Below, piece after piece: positions 48,149-58,395 of a stretch of 64,000 nucleotides of DNA. Within the stretch, counting starts at the first letter, position 1. The number at the start of each line of letters is the position of its first letter. The notes beneath the pieces are model-generated. The model ran no database searches, was not told the origin of the DNA, and saw only the letters and a list, made by a program, of their open reading frames with translations. Origin of the DNA: Phycisphaerales bacterium (GTDB lineage: Bacteria > Planctomycetota > Phycisphaerae > WQYP01); NCBI GenBank assembly GCA_013044165.1, contig JABEVB010000177.1, positions 821 through 64,820 of the forward strand. Reading direction: 5' to 3'. Made by a program: the position numbers and the translations under genes.

Positions 48149-49873
48149 ATGTGCCGCAGGGGCTTGCTCATGAATGACGCCGCAATTTTGCACCGGCTGT
48201 TGGTGGTAACAGGGCCGGAACTGCGCAACTCAAAAATCCTCGATTTGCTTGACCGTCAATTTGATACTGTTAATGCCGCGAGCATAGAAGAAGCGCTAAA
48301 AGCTCTGCGCAGTGGCCACTTCGACGCGATACTGTCTGTGGCCGGTGACTTTTTGCCAATGGAACGAGCGATAGCTTCGCAGCAATCGAGCCTGATTCTC
48401 GACACGATTGGCGAAGGCGTATGCATGGTGTCGCCTGATGGTCGCGTGTGCTGGGCCAATCGTCGGATGCGGCAATGGCCGCCGGAGATACAGGGCCGAA
48501 TTTTCGCACAGTGTCAAGAGGCGTTGCAGAACTTCATTGAAGCAGCTCGGCCTGCAGCCGCCGGTAACTCCCCCGCCACCCCCCTCCCTGCTGGTCATTG
48601 CAAAAAATTTGCCATCAACATAGAGGACAAGCATTTTTTTGAATTGGTGTGCTCGCCGGTCGTTAATGGAGTTGGGACTATTACGCAGGTGGTTGCCATC
48701 TGCTGGGACGCCACCAACACGCGGCGACTCCAGGCCAAACTCGATGCCATAGATAAGGCAGGTCGTGAACTGGTGCGACTGGAGGGCGATTCCATCGCCA
48801 AACTAAACGTGATGGAGCGTCTAAAGTTGCTGGAAGACAAGATTATCAAATTTTGCCGCCAGCTTATGCACTTCGATCATTTTTCGATCCGGTTGCTGGA
48901 CTTCAAGACCAACAAACTGGAACCGGTGATAAATGTTGGCATGCCTCCCGAAGCAGCGGATGTCGAACTGTTTTGTGAGCCGGACGGCAATGGCATTAGT
49001 GGTTACGTTGCCTCAACGGGCCGATCCTACATTGCACCCGATGTCGCCCGCGATCCACGGTATATAGCCGGCTTAAACTCGGCTAGAAGCAGTTTAACCG
49101 TCCCACTCATGCTGCACGATAAAACGATAGGCATCTTCAACATCGAGTCAAATGAATATGCATTCTTTACGGAGGATGATAGGCAGTTTGCCGAAATATT
49201 CGGTCGCTACCTGGCCATCGCGCTCAATATACTGCAGCTTCTTATAGTCGAGCGATATACCACCAGCGGTCGGCTGGTGCGCGATGTTGCCGGCGAAATA
49301 GCGGGGCCTCTTAACGATATTGCGATGGATGCAGCGGCCCTGCGCGAACAGTACATTGGAAACGATGAGGTGCAGCAACTTATAGATAGCATGATACAAA
49401 ACGTAAATAAAATTCGCGCCGGTATAAGCGCTGCCTCGGCCGGCCCACAGCGAATTATAGATTCCGCGTCCAGCGATAGTTTCCATCAGGACCCAATGCT
49501 GCGAGATAAGCGGATTCTTGTCGCCGACGACCAACCCTCCATTCGACAAACTATTCAAGCTATTCTTACCCGCTGTGGGTGCGTAGTTGATGCCGCAGCC
49601 GATGGCGCTGAGGCCTGCGCTCTGCTTGTCGGCGAAGGGCGGTATGATCTGGTCATTTCCGACATCAAAATGCCGCACAAAAACGGATATGAGATTTTCA
49701 CCCTGGCACAAAAGCTGGGGCATGCGCCGCCGGTGATACTTATGACCGGCTTTGGCTACGACCCCGCCCATAGCATCACACGCGCATCACAGGAAGGTTT
49801 GCGCGAAGTGCTTTGCAAGCCTTTCAAGGTAGACCAACTCATGAGCGCTATCCGCAAGGCTATTACAGCTTGA
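48149..49873 (+). CDS. Signal-transduction protein: degenerate N-terminal receiver-like domain, PAS, GAF, and a C-terminal CheY-like receiver (REC). No obvious HATPase kinase domain.
   Basis: C-terminal KRILVADDQPSIRQ...DLVISDIKMPHKNG is a canonical REC. A GAF-like central block, an upstream PAS-like block, and a weak HisKA-like stretch (AGEIAGPLN) lacking the His. Confidence 0.6.
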   Translation: MCRRGLLMNDAAILHRLLVVTGPELRNSKILDLLDRQFDTVNAASIEEALKALRSGHFDAILSVAGDFLPMERAIASQQSSLILDTIGEGVCMVSPDGRVCWANRRMRQWPPEIQGRIFAQCQEALQNFIEAARPAAAGNSPATPLPAGHCKKFAINIEDKHFFELVCSPVVNGVGTITQVVAICWDATNTRRLQAKLDAIDKAGRELVRLEGDSIAKLNVMERLKLLEDKIIKFCRQLMHFDHFSIRLLDFKTNKLEPVINVGMPPEAADVELFCEPDGNGISGYVASTGRSYIAPDVARDPRYIAGLNSARSSLTVPLMLHDKTIGIFNIESNEYAFFTEDDRQFAEIFGRYLAIALNILQLLIVERYTTSGRLVRDVAGEIAGPLNDIAMDAAALREQYIGNDEVQQLIDSMIQNVNKIRAGISAASAGPQRIIDSASSDSFHQDPMLRDKRILVADDQPSIRQTIQAILTRCGCVVDAAADGAEACALLVGEGRYDLVISDIKMPHKNGYEIFTLAQKLGHAPPVILMTGFGYDPAHSITRASQEGLREVLCKPFKVDQLMSAIRKAITA

Positions 49874-49880
49874 TAGGCAC

Positions 49881-50702
49881 CTACACGCCTGAAAAAGCTC
49901 CAAACCCACCGTCCACCGACAAAATAGTGCCTGTCACGAAGGCAGATGCATCTGAGAGCAAGTAGTGAATGGCCCCGTGCAGCTCGGATGCCAAACCGAA
50001 TCTGCCAAATGGTGTTTTAGCCGTTATGGTGTGCCCGCGCGGCGTGAGCGATCCGTCTTCATTCGTAAGAAGCCGCCGATTTTGCTCGCCAAGAAAAAAC
50101 CCCGGAAGCACCGCATTAACGCGAATTTTTCCCTTGGTACGACGGGCCATGTCTACAGCCAGCCATCGGGTAAAATTTTCGACGCCGGCTTTGGCCGCCG
50201 AGTAACCCACCACGCGCGTAACCGCCTGGGGCGCCGAAGCGGACGAAAAATTGACTATCGCACCATGCCCCGCAAGCTGCAGAGATTGCCCAAAAATAAG
50301 CGAGGGCAAAACGGTGCCGTGTAGATTAAGATCCACAACCTGACGAAAAGCTTCGAAGTCCAAATCAAAAAAGCTCTTGTCGGGTGAGATGGTGGCTCCA
50401 GGCATGTTGCCTCCCGCACCGTTAAGCAGCGCGTCTATATGCCCCCACTTTTTTAGAATCTGCTCGCGAGCTTTTTCTAGTGATGACCGATCAAGCACGT
50501 CGGCAACATAGCCTTCACATTGGCAGTCTGGATGGGCGGCGCGACAACGCTCAAGTGCGACCTTTAGTTTTTCTTTGCTGCGCCCAAGATATGCAACCCA
50601 GGCGCCTTGGCTCGCTAGATAATCGGCAGCGGAGCCTGCCAAGGCTCCGGTTGCGCCCGTTACGACAATTACACGCTCTCGCAGGTTAAAAAGATCGCTC
50701 AT
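49881..50702 (-). CDS. Short-chain dehydrogenase/reductase (SDR) family oxidoreductase
   Basis: VVTGATGALAGS Rossmann motif and an SDR-length C-terminus. Start trimmed to MSDLFN. Confidence 0.75.
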   Translation of the reverse strand: MSDLFNLRERVIVVTGATGALAGSAADYLASQGAWVAYLGRSKEKLKVALERCRAAHPDCQCEGYVADVLDRSSLEKAREQILKKWGHIDALLNGAGGNMPGATISPDKSFFDLDFEAFRQVVDLNLHGTVLPSLIFGQSLQLAGHGAIVNFSSASAPQAVTRVVGYSAAKAGVENFTRWLAVDMARRTKGKIRVNAVLPGFFLGEQNRRLLTNEDGSLTPRGHTITAKTPFGRFGLASELHGAIHYLLSDASAFVTGTILSVDGGFGAFSGV

Positions 50703-50951
50703 AACTTCTCCAGTATAGCTGCATAAATGGTCGTTGGAACGCCGAACCTTAACTGCATCAACGCCTTTCTTGCTCACTACAATACCGTGTTCATCGGGTA
50801 TGGCAAGGAGTGCTTCCAACTGGGTTGACAGAAATGTTGCCTGCAAGCGCTGATACTTGTATTATCTGTACAGGCAACCGTGATTGTCACGGTCATGAAT
50901 TTCGCGAGCCGCGCCTGGTTTTGTAAGGGCGGGCATGCGCAAAATGTTTAG

Positions 50952-51998
<1,047 letters not shown>

Positions 51999-52140
51999 CC
52001 GAAGGTGTGTCTTAATATAAAAGAGATCGCAAGGTTCAAGATGGGTGTTCCCCGCTTGAGCCTTGCGTTTTTATGCGAAGTCGGCGGCAGATACCTGTTC
52101 TGCCCCCAAAACCCAAAGATCACGAAAAGAAAGGCCTTTG

Positions 52141-52647
52141 ATGCGGTGGATTTGGATTGACAGGTTTGAGGCCTTTGAGCATGGCAAAGCAGCTGTTGCC
52201 ATCAAAAATGTAACCGCGGCGGAAGAGCACTTGCACGATCTGTACCCCGGTTTTGCCCTGATGCCCTCAACCCTGATGATTGAAGGCATGGCACAGACTG
52301 CCGGCATACTCGTTGGCGCCTGGCGCACCTTTCAGGAGAAGGTGATACTGGCAAAAATCGGCAAGGCGACTTTTGTGCGTCTGGTTCGGCCGGGGGAAAC
52401 ACTCATATACAGAGCAAAGATATTGCAGATCAACGAGGTTGGCGCTGCGGTAGAGGGTAAGATTTTCAGCCGACAGACCGAAGCATCGGGCACGCGAGAA
52501 CTGGCCGTTGGCGAAGTAGAGATGATGTTTTCTCATATAGATCAAAATCTTGCCGGCGCTAGATTTCCGGAGTTCAACTTTGTATTTAACAGTGAGTTTA
52601 TGGCTCTGTTTGACGCATATAGGCGCGACATGCCCGTCGAGATTTAG
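52141..52647 (+). CDS. FabA/FabZ-like hotdog-fold dehydratase
   Basis: Hotdog fold with a FabZ-like HxxxxF/G region (HLHDLYPGFALMPSTLMIEGMAQTAG). Start trimmed to MRWIWIDRF. Confidence 0.6.
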   Translation: MRWIWIDRFEAFEHGKAAVAIKNVTAAEEHLHDLYPGFALMPSTLMIEGMAQTAGILVGAWRTFQEKVILAKIGKATFVRLVRPGETLIYRAKILQINEVGAAVEGKIFSRQTEASGTRELAVGEVEMMFSHIDQNLAGARFPEFNFVFNSEFMALFDAYRRDMPVEI

Positions 52648-52805
52648 AACGTTGCGCCGCCGCGACTTATATCGCTCCACCTCCCCCGCTTTATGACTTT
52701 ATGGCAATTACGCAATTAAGCCGTATAATAAGCGCAGTTTCAAGTCGGTATGGACTGTATAGATTTGCCAGGGCCGGATGATGATCCGAAAAGGACAGGT
52801 GCGCC

Positions 52806-53873
52806 GTGATATTAAATGTGATCCGAGCGGTATTTTTTATACTCGTTGGAATAGTCGCTTCGGCGTACCTGGCGAGGGCCCTTAATGGCCAGCAGCATCT
52901 GGGCTGGGGGCCTTATCTGATTATGCTCGGCGGCGTGCTATTGGCTTTTGCAGTCATAACCATAGATGTGCTTGTACGCAAAAAAAACCTTTCGGCTTTG
53001 GCTGGGCTGTTTTTTGGGCTACTGGTGGGAATATTAATATCGCTGGCGCTAGCTTATCTTGCGGATCAAATTACCGGTGTTTTTCTTCAACGGGCTACGC
53101 GATCGGCTTATCAGCCGGTGATCATGGGTGGCAAGCTTCTGCTGGGCCTGTGCGCATGCTATTTGAGTGTGTCACTTATTCTCCAGACCAAGGACGACTT
53201 CAGGTTTATTATTCCCTATGTTGAGTTCAGTCGCGCGATGCGCGGTCCCAAGCCCTATATTCTTGACACCAGCGTAATTATTGACGGTCGAATAGCCGAG
53301 GTGGCGGCTACAGGAATCTTTGAATCACGACTGGTCGTTCCACGGTTTGTCATCAATGAACTTCAAGCAGTGGCAGATTCCAGCGACCGGCTTAAGCGGG
53401 GACGAGGCCGACGAGGCCTGGAAGTACTGAAGAAGCTGCAAGAGATGCCGCGTGTAGAGTTGCATGTATGGGATGGTGTGCTGGCCAACAGCGATAAATT
53501 TGAAGGTGTGGATCAGAAGTTGGTTGGGCTGGCACAACAAGAAACGGCTCGCATTATTACCAACGACTATAACCTCAATAAAGTTGCGGGGTTGCATGGC
53601 GTTGCGGTCGTCAACATCAATGACTTGGCCAATGCCGTGAAGTCAGCAGTGCTTCCCGGAGAAAAGATGCGCATTCGCATCGTAAAACCCGGTGAAGCCA
53701 GCGGTCAGGGAGTAGGGTATCTGGACGATGGCACCATGGTGGTTGTTGAGGGCAGCCGCGATAAGATCGGCACCGAGGTGGAGGTGTTGGTTACCAATGC
53801 CGTTCAGACGTCCGCCGGTCGCATGATATTTGGCCGCTGCAACGGAACACCAGAACGATCCATGGAGTCCTGA
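52806..53873 (+). CDS. Membrane-anchored PIN-TRAM domain protein (YacL-like)
   Basis: N-terminal TM helices, a central PIN domain (ILDTSVIIDGRIAE...), and a C-terminal TRAM-like beta barrel (MRIRIVKPGEASGQGVGYLDDGTMVVVEG). Confidence 0.7.
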   Translation: MILNVIRAVFFILVGIVASAYLARALNGQQHLGWGPYLIMLGGVLLAFAVITIDVLVRKKNLSALAGLFFGLLVGILISLALAYLADQITGVFLQRATRSAYQPVIMGGKLLLGLCACYLSVSLILQTKDDFRFIIPYVEFSRAMRGPKPYILDTSVIIDGRIAEVAATGIFESRLVVPRFVINELQAVADSSDRLKRGRGRRGLEVLKKLQEMPRVELHVWDGVLANSDKFEGVDQKLVGLAQQETARIITNDYNLNKVAGLHGVAVVNINDLANAVKSAVLPGEKMRIRIVKPGEASGQGVGYLDDGTMVVVEGSRDKIGTEVEVLVTNAVQTSAGRMIFGRCNGTPERSMES

Positions 53874-53904
53874 CCCGAACCTACCATCGGTCAGGGCGCA
53901 GCCG

Positions 53905-54654
53905 TCAGGGATAGTCCTGCCCTGTTGGCCTGATCACAATATCGTTTATGTGGACGTGTGGCGGCTGTGACACCACAAAACCAATCGCTCGAGCTATATC
54001 CTGCGGCTCCAGCAGTTTTCCGAACTTTGCCTGCCAATTTTCGGCGAGGCCAGGTTCATATCCAGCCTGGTCCTGAAATTCGCTTAGGACAATGCCTGGC
54101 TTTACAACGGTTACGCGAACCGACTTGGCTGCTACCTCACGACGGAGTGCCTCGGCGGCCGCCGTTATTGCAAATTTACTCGATCCGTAAAACCCGCTGA
54201 ACGGGGAAATATTCATCCCTGAGACCGATCCGAGGACCACAATATCGCCGCCGCCCTTCTGTACCATGTGCTCAGCGGCGAGCCGCATCAAATGGGCCGC
54301 CCCCAATACGTTAAGTTTGTATATTTGCTCCCATTGGGACGCATCGCTGGACAGCAATCCGCCGGCTAATCCTCGGCCGGCATTAACTACCACAGTATCC
54401 AACTTGCCGGCCCACGCCACCGATTGCTCCCAGACCCGCATGATTTGTTCGAGGTTTGAGGCATCGAGAACGCAGGCCTTAGCCTCGCCCTTTTTTGCTT
54501 CAATGGCTTGCACAAGTGAATGGAGCAATGGACTGCGCCGCGCCGTCACCACCACTCGCGCGCCCATTGAAGCAAGTTCTTCTGCGGTGGCGTATCCTAT
54601 GCCCGCGCTGGCACCGGTAATCAAAGCCGTTCTTCCAGAAAGTGGTTTGTGTTT
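53905..54654 (-). CDS. SDR family oxidoreductase
   Basis: TALITGASAGIGYATA Rossmann motif. Start trimmed to MKHKPL. Confidence 0.8.
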   Translation of the reverse strand, partial: KHKPLSGRTALITGASAGIGYATAEELASMGARVVVTARRSPLLHSLVQAIEAKKGEAKACVLDASNLEQIMRVWEQSVAWAGKLDTVVVNAGRGLAGGLLSSDASQWEQIYKLNVLGAAHLMRLAAEHMVQKGGGDIVVLGSVSGMNISPFSGFYGSSKFAITAAAEALRREVAAKSVRVTVVKPGIVLSEFQDQAGYEPGLAENWQAKFGKLLEPQDIARAIGFVVSQPPHVHINDIVIRPTGQDYP

Positions 54655-54759
54655 CATAAAAACTCCATACAAAAGTCGGGCATTGTTTAAGCCCTTCTCT
54701 CATCATACAATCTTACACAGATAGGGTGAACGTTCTACTGTGCCATTGGAGGCAGCCCC

Positions 54760-55980
54760 ATGGATTCCGCCGCAATAGCCGACAATAACACCGATCAGCC
54801 ACCCCGGGAGATAGAGCAATGCGAGAACTGCGCCCGCACCATAGGCAGGCTTGAACATCCACATCTTTGGGAACAGCATGTGGTTTGCAGCAACTGTTGG
54901 CGCACGCTCAGCAGTGAAACAACCGAGCAAACGCTTCGTAAGGGGCGCTTGGCCGCCTTGATCGCTCGCTCCAACGAGAATGCGCCGCAGGCCTCTCCAG
55001 ATCATGCTGAAACGTCGGTGTTTCAGGCGGACCTTCCTGATTACGCCGATCAATTAACGCTGGCGCAGCACCACGAACGAGCAGCCGCGGGTGACCCCAC
55101 TAGCATGAACCGCATTGCCATTCTCTACAGCCAAGGCAAAGGCGTAGGTCAGGATACCGTCAAAGCCATGGCTTGGTTTCAGAGATCGGCGGCGGCCGGA
55201 AGCTCGGCAGCTATGCGAAACATTGGAGCCTTTTACGCGGCCGGCAAAGGCGTACCGCGCGACACCAGCAAAGCCTTTACTTGGTTTCAACGAGCCGCCG
55301 CTGCCGGCGATGCTACGGCGATGGCGGCACTGGGCTACCTTTATGAAGAGGGCCGCGGCATTGAGGCCGATATTCAACAGGCAACCCAGTGGTACGAACG
55401 AGCAGCGGTGCTCGGCGATATTACGGCAATGTATGCGCTAGGCAGAATATTTGAAAGAGGTCACGGCGTCCCCAAAGATATTGCGGGAGCTGTGGGTTGG
55501 TACACGCGTGCCGCCGAAGCCGGCTGCCGCGTGGCCATGTCGAGCCTTGGAGTTCTGTATGCCACGGGACACGGGGTATTGCAGAACGATGCCATGGCTT
55601 TTGAGTGGTTTGATAAGGCGGCCGAGGCGGGCCATGGCTATGCCATGTTTGAATTGGGCCGATTTTACGAGACGGGTCGGGGCGTTGATTTAAATTTCAA
55701 TCTTGCGCTTTTGTGGTACCAAAAGGCCGCCGCACACGGCCATGTTGGCGCAATGGGAGCGATTGGCCGCCTATACGCAATGGGACGCGGTACCACACAG
55801 GATTATCTCCAGGCATTGGCGTGGCTTATAAAAGCCGCCGAAATGGGTGATCTTGCGGCCATGCATGATGTTGCTTACTTCTATGAAAATGGCTTGGGCG
55901 TATCACGCAATCAAAAGGAAGCTCTTAAATGGCACCGCATGGCTATTGACGTGGAAACAACGCAGCCGGGGCAGGCATAG
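54760..55980 (+). CDS. Sel1-repeat (TPR-like) protein with N-terminal CxxC-x17-CxxC zinc-ribbon-like motif
   Basis: At least eight tandem Sel1 units of about 36 aa (AM..LG..Y..G.GV..D...A..W..KAA..G). N-terminal CENC...CSNC. Confidence 0.8.
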   Translation: MDSAAIADNNTDQPPREIEQCENCARTIGRLEHPHLWEQHVVCSNCWRTLSSETTEQTLRKGRLAALIARSNENAPQASPDHAETSVFQADLPDYADQLTLAQHHERAAAGDPTSMNRIAILYSQGKGVGQDTVKAMAWFQRSAAAGSSAAMRNIGAFYAAGKGVPRDTSKAFTWFQRAAAAGDATAMAALGYLYEEGRGIEADIQQATQWYERAAVLGDITAMYALGRIFERGHGVPKDIAGAVGWYTRAAEAGCRVAMSSLGVLYATGHGVLQNDAMAFEWFDKAAEAGHGYAMFELGRFYETGRGVDLNFNLALLWYQKAAAHGHVGAMGAIGRLYAMGRGTTQDYLQALAWLIKAAEMGDLAAMHDVAYFYENGLGVSRNQKEALKWHRMAIDVETTQPGQA

Positions 55981-55995
55981 ATGGCTTTACCTGTT

Positions 55996-56802
55996 TTAAC
56001 AACATACTTCGCAGAAGGTTTTTGGCGTTTCCCAAACTTTCACGCTTTGCAGGTCCGCTCGGCTGACCAAAGCTAATTGCAAGCGATCAAAGATGGTCTG
56101 CGCAATATTTTCGACGGTAGGGTTCAGCGACGCAAACTCTTCACAGTCTAGATTAAGATTCTTGTGATCAAAGCGATTTATAACCTCGCGATTGACCACC
56201 TCCTGTAGTTCAGCCAAGGTCAGACCGGCCTCTGCAGGAGTGCCTGCTTCACGTGCAATGGCCACCTCCAACTCATAGTTATGTCCATGGCCATTAGGAT
56301 TGTTGCATTTCCCAAAGGTATGAAGATTTTCCTGCTCGCTCATGCTGCTTGAGTGCAAGCGATGGGCCGCCGAGAATTCAAACCGTTGCGCCACGATGAT
56401 CAAAGGAACCTCCTCCTGCCGGTACTCATAGTAAAGGTACGGACTTATGCTAAGCCGCAAACGCTGAAGTTTTAGCGGGGAAAACAGATTTCTGGCAGAT
56501 GCATGGAGTCGTTGAATTGCCTCCACACCCGAAAAGAGCCGCCGTGTATGCCCAGTATCTATATAGTGTCTTTGAAGTTTATTCGCCACGATTTTGCGGA
56601 GGTGCTCATCCACTTGTTTAATGTTGATGAGCATGCCGGTATTGGCATCGGGGCGCCCCTCCACTGTAGCCATTAACGTGAGAAATGGCGCAATGCCGAA
56701 CAGCGGTGGATTGCCCGCAAAGCTATTGGGCGATTTTGTCACTACCGTTGAATCATGCAGACCAAACCGGATTTCACGTGATAGTCTCACTGGCTGCACC
56801 AT
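55996..56802 (-). CDS. 6-pyruvoyl-tetrahydropterin synthase / QueD-like protein with tandem T-fold domains (N-terminal copy degenerate)
   Basis: C-terminal half has FSAAHRL...CNNPNGHGHNYE (Cys-x5-HGH Zn motif). N-terminal half is a second PTPS-like fold without the metal motif. Confidence 0.65.
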   Translation of the reverse strand: MVQPVRLSREIRFGLHDSTVVTKSPNSFAGNPPLFGIAPFLTLMATVEGRPDANTGMLINIKQVDEHLRKIVANKLQRHYIDTGHTRRLFSGVEAIQRLHASARNLFSPLKLQRLRLSISPYLYYEYRQEEVPLIIVAQRFEFSAAHRLHSSSMSEQENLHTFGKCNNPNGHGHNYELEVAIAREAGTPAEAGLTLAELQEVVNREVINRFDHKNLNLDCEEFASLNPTVENIAQTIFDRLQLALVSRADLQSVKVWETPKTFCEVCC

Positions 56803-56931
56803 TTATCAATGTCGAGCCCAAAGGCCAAACCACATCGCCATTTTAGCATGCTCTTGGCCATCTTCCTATCAGAGATTATTGCATTGGCTCAACGGCAGCA
56901 ATGAACTACGCTCTCGCCATGGCGCACCAGT

Positions 56932-58395
56932 TTGGCTGGACTGCCCCGCCATCGCCGACTACAATTTCCAACGCGAAGGCGAAAGGGTATATCCACGAAT
57001 ACCAAGATCAAACAACCCCACAAATGGCTACGAGAAGGCTACCGGTTGATTTCAGGTATCAAAGGACGCTTTGCGGTCGTACTCGCGTTTGCCGGAGCCA
57101 GTGTACTCCTGACCCTGGCAGGTTGCACCAAAAAGCCCGCACCGGCGGCCTCGGCGGCTCCAGCCCCTGTTTCAGTAGCCATTGTCCGAGCAATGGATAT
57201 TCCCATTGAGTATTCAAATATTGGGTCCATCCAGAGCGTTGCCTCGGTGGCGCTTCAACCACAGGTTGACGGCGTGGTTGCACAGTCACTGGTACAGCCC
57301 GGAGCCGCGGTTAAACTTGGCCAGCCCCTATTTGTACTCGATAAACGCCCATATATGGCCGCCGTAGCTTTGGCCCAGGCAGCGTTGGCTGGTGCCAAGG
57401 CTAATGTGCTGGTAGCAGCCGCTAAACTCAGCGGCTACCGAGCCGCATTAACCGATGCTGCCGCCGATTGGGCCCGTGCGCAAAAGCTTGGTCATGATGG
57501 AGGTGCATTGTCTGTTACGCAGTACGACGCATATCGGTCCACATTCGATCAAGCGACGGCCAATGTGGCCAATGGAGATGCCTCGCTAGAAGCGGCGCAG
57601 AGGGCAGTACAGGCGGCCAAAGCAAACCTTAAGGCAGCCAGCATCAACCTCGATTATTGCATCATTAAGGCCCCATTTAATGGCGTCGCCGGCAATCTGC
57701 TGGCCTACCCCGGAACCGCGGTAAAAGCGAACACCACCACTCTTCTGGTAATCAATCAGATTCAACCGGTTTATGTAGCGTTTTCGCTGCCACAGGATGA
57801 CTTGCCAGCGGTTTTGGCAGCCTACCGCCGGGGTGCCAAGCCTGCGGTAAAGGTGGCTCTGCATGGCTCGCCACCCGTTCGTGCCCGGGGCGTGTTGAGC
57901 TTTGTTAACAATGCGGTAGATGCCACAACTGGCACCATTGAATTGATGGGGACGCTGGCCAACAAACGCGAGGTTTTATGGCCGGGAGAGTTCTGCGATG
58001 CAACCGTGCAGGTCGGCATAGACCATAACGCTATCGTAGTGCCGCTATCTGCGGTTGAATCGGGGCAACCTGGACATTATGTGTTCGTTGTGCGGGACGA
58101 TAACGCAGTCGTACAGGTAGTGCAGGAAGCATTTTTATATCATGGCTTGGCCGTCATATCTAAAGGTCTCTCACCCGGCGAAGTGGTGATTACCAATGGG
58201 CAAGTCAATGTCGTGCCCGGTGGGCCGGTCGTTATTGTGAAGCATGGTTTAATAGGCCCTATCGAGACGACTCGCACGTCCGGTGGCGCGCCGCAAACAA
58301 CCACTACCGCTTCGGCACCGGCAACCCGCTCGAAGGACAAGCCATGCATTTGTCCAGTATCTTTATTCGTCGCCCCATTGCAACAACATTGCTGA
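56932..58395 (+). CDS. RND efflux periplasmic adaptor (membrane fusion protein, HlyD/AcrA-like), probable lipoprotein
   Basis: Lipobox LTLAGC. Alpha-hairpin and beta-barrel MFP regions. The 3' end overlaps the RND pump gene. True start is probably internal (TTG near 57046). Confidence 0.7.
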   Translation: MAGLPRHRRLQFPTRRRKGISTNTKIKQPHKWLREGYRLISGIKGRFAVVLAFAGASVLLTLAGCTKKPAPAASAAPAPVSVAIVRAMDIPIEYSNIGSIQSVASVALQPQVDGVVAQSLVQPGAAVKLGQPLFVLDKRPYMAAVALAQAALAGAKANVLVAAAKLSGYRAALTDAAADWARAQKLGHDGGALSVTQYDAYRSTFDQATANVANGDASLEAAQRAVQAAKANLKAASINLDYCIIKAPFNGVAGNLLAYPGTAVKANTTTLLVINQIQPVYVAFSLPQDDLPAVLAAYRRGAKPAVKVALHGSPPVRARGVLSFVNNAVDATTGTIELMGTLANKREVLWPGEFCDATVQVGIDHNAIVVPLSAVESGQPGHYVFVVRDDNAVVQVVQEAFLYHGLAVISKGLSPGEVVITNGQVNVVPGGPVVIVKHGLIGPIETTRTSGGAPQTTTTASAPATRSKDKPCICPVSLFVAPLQQHC

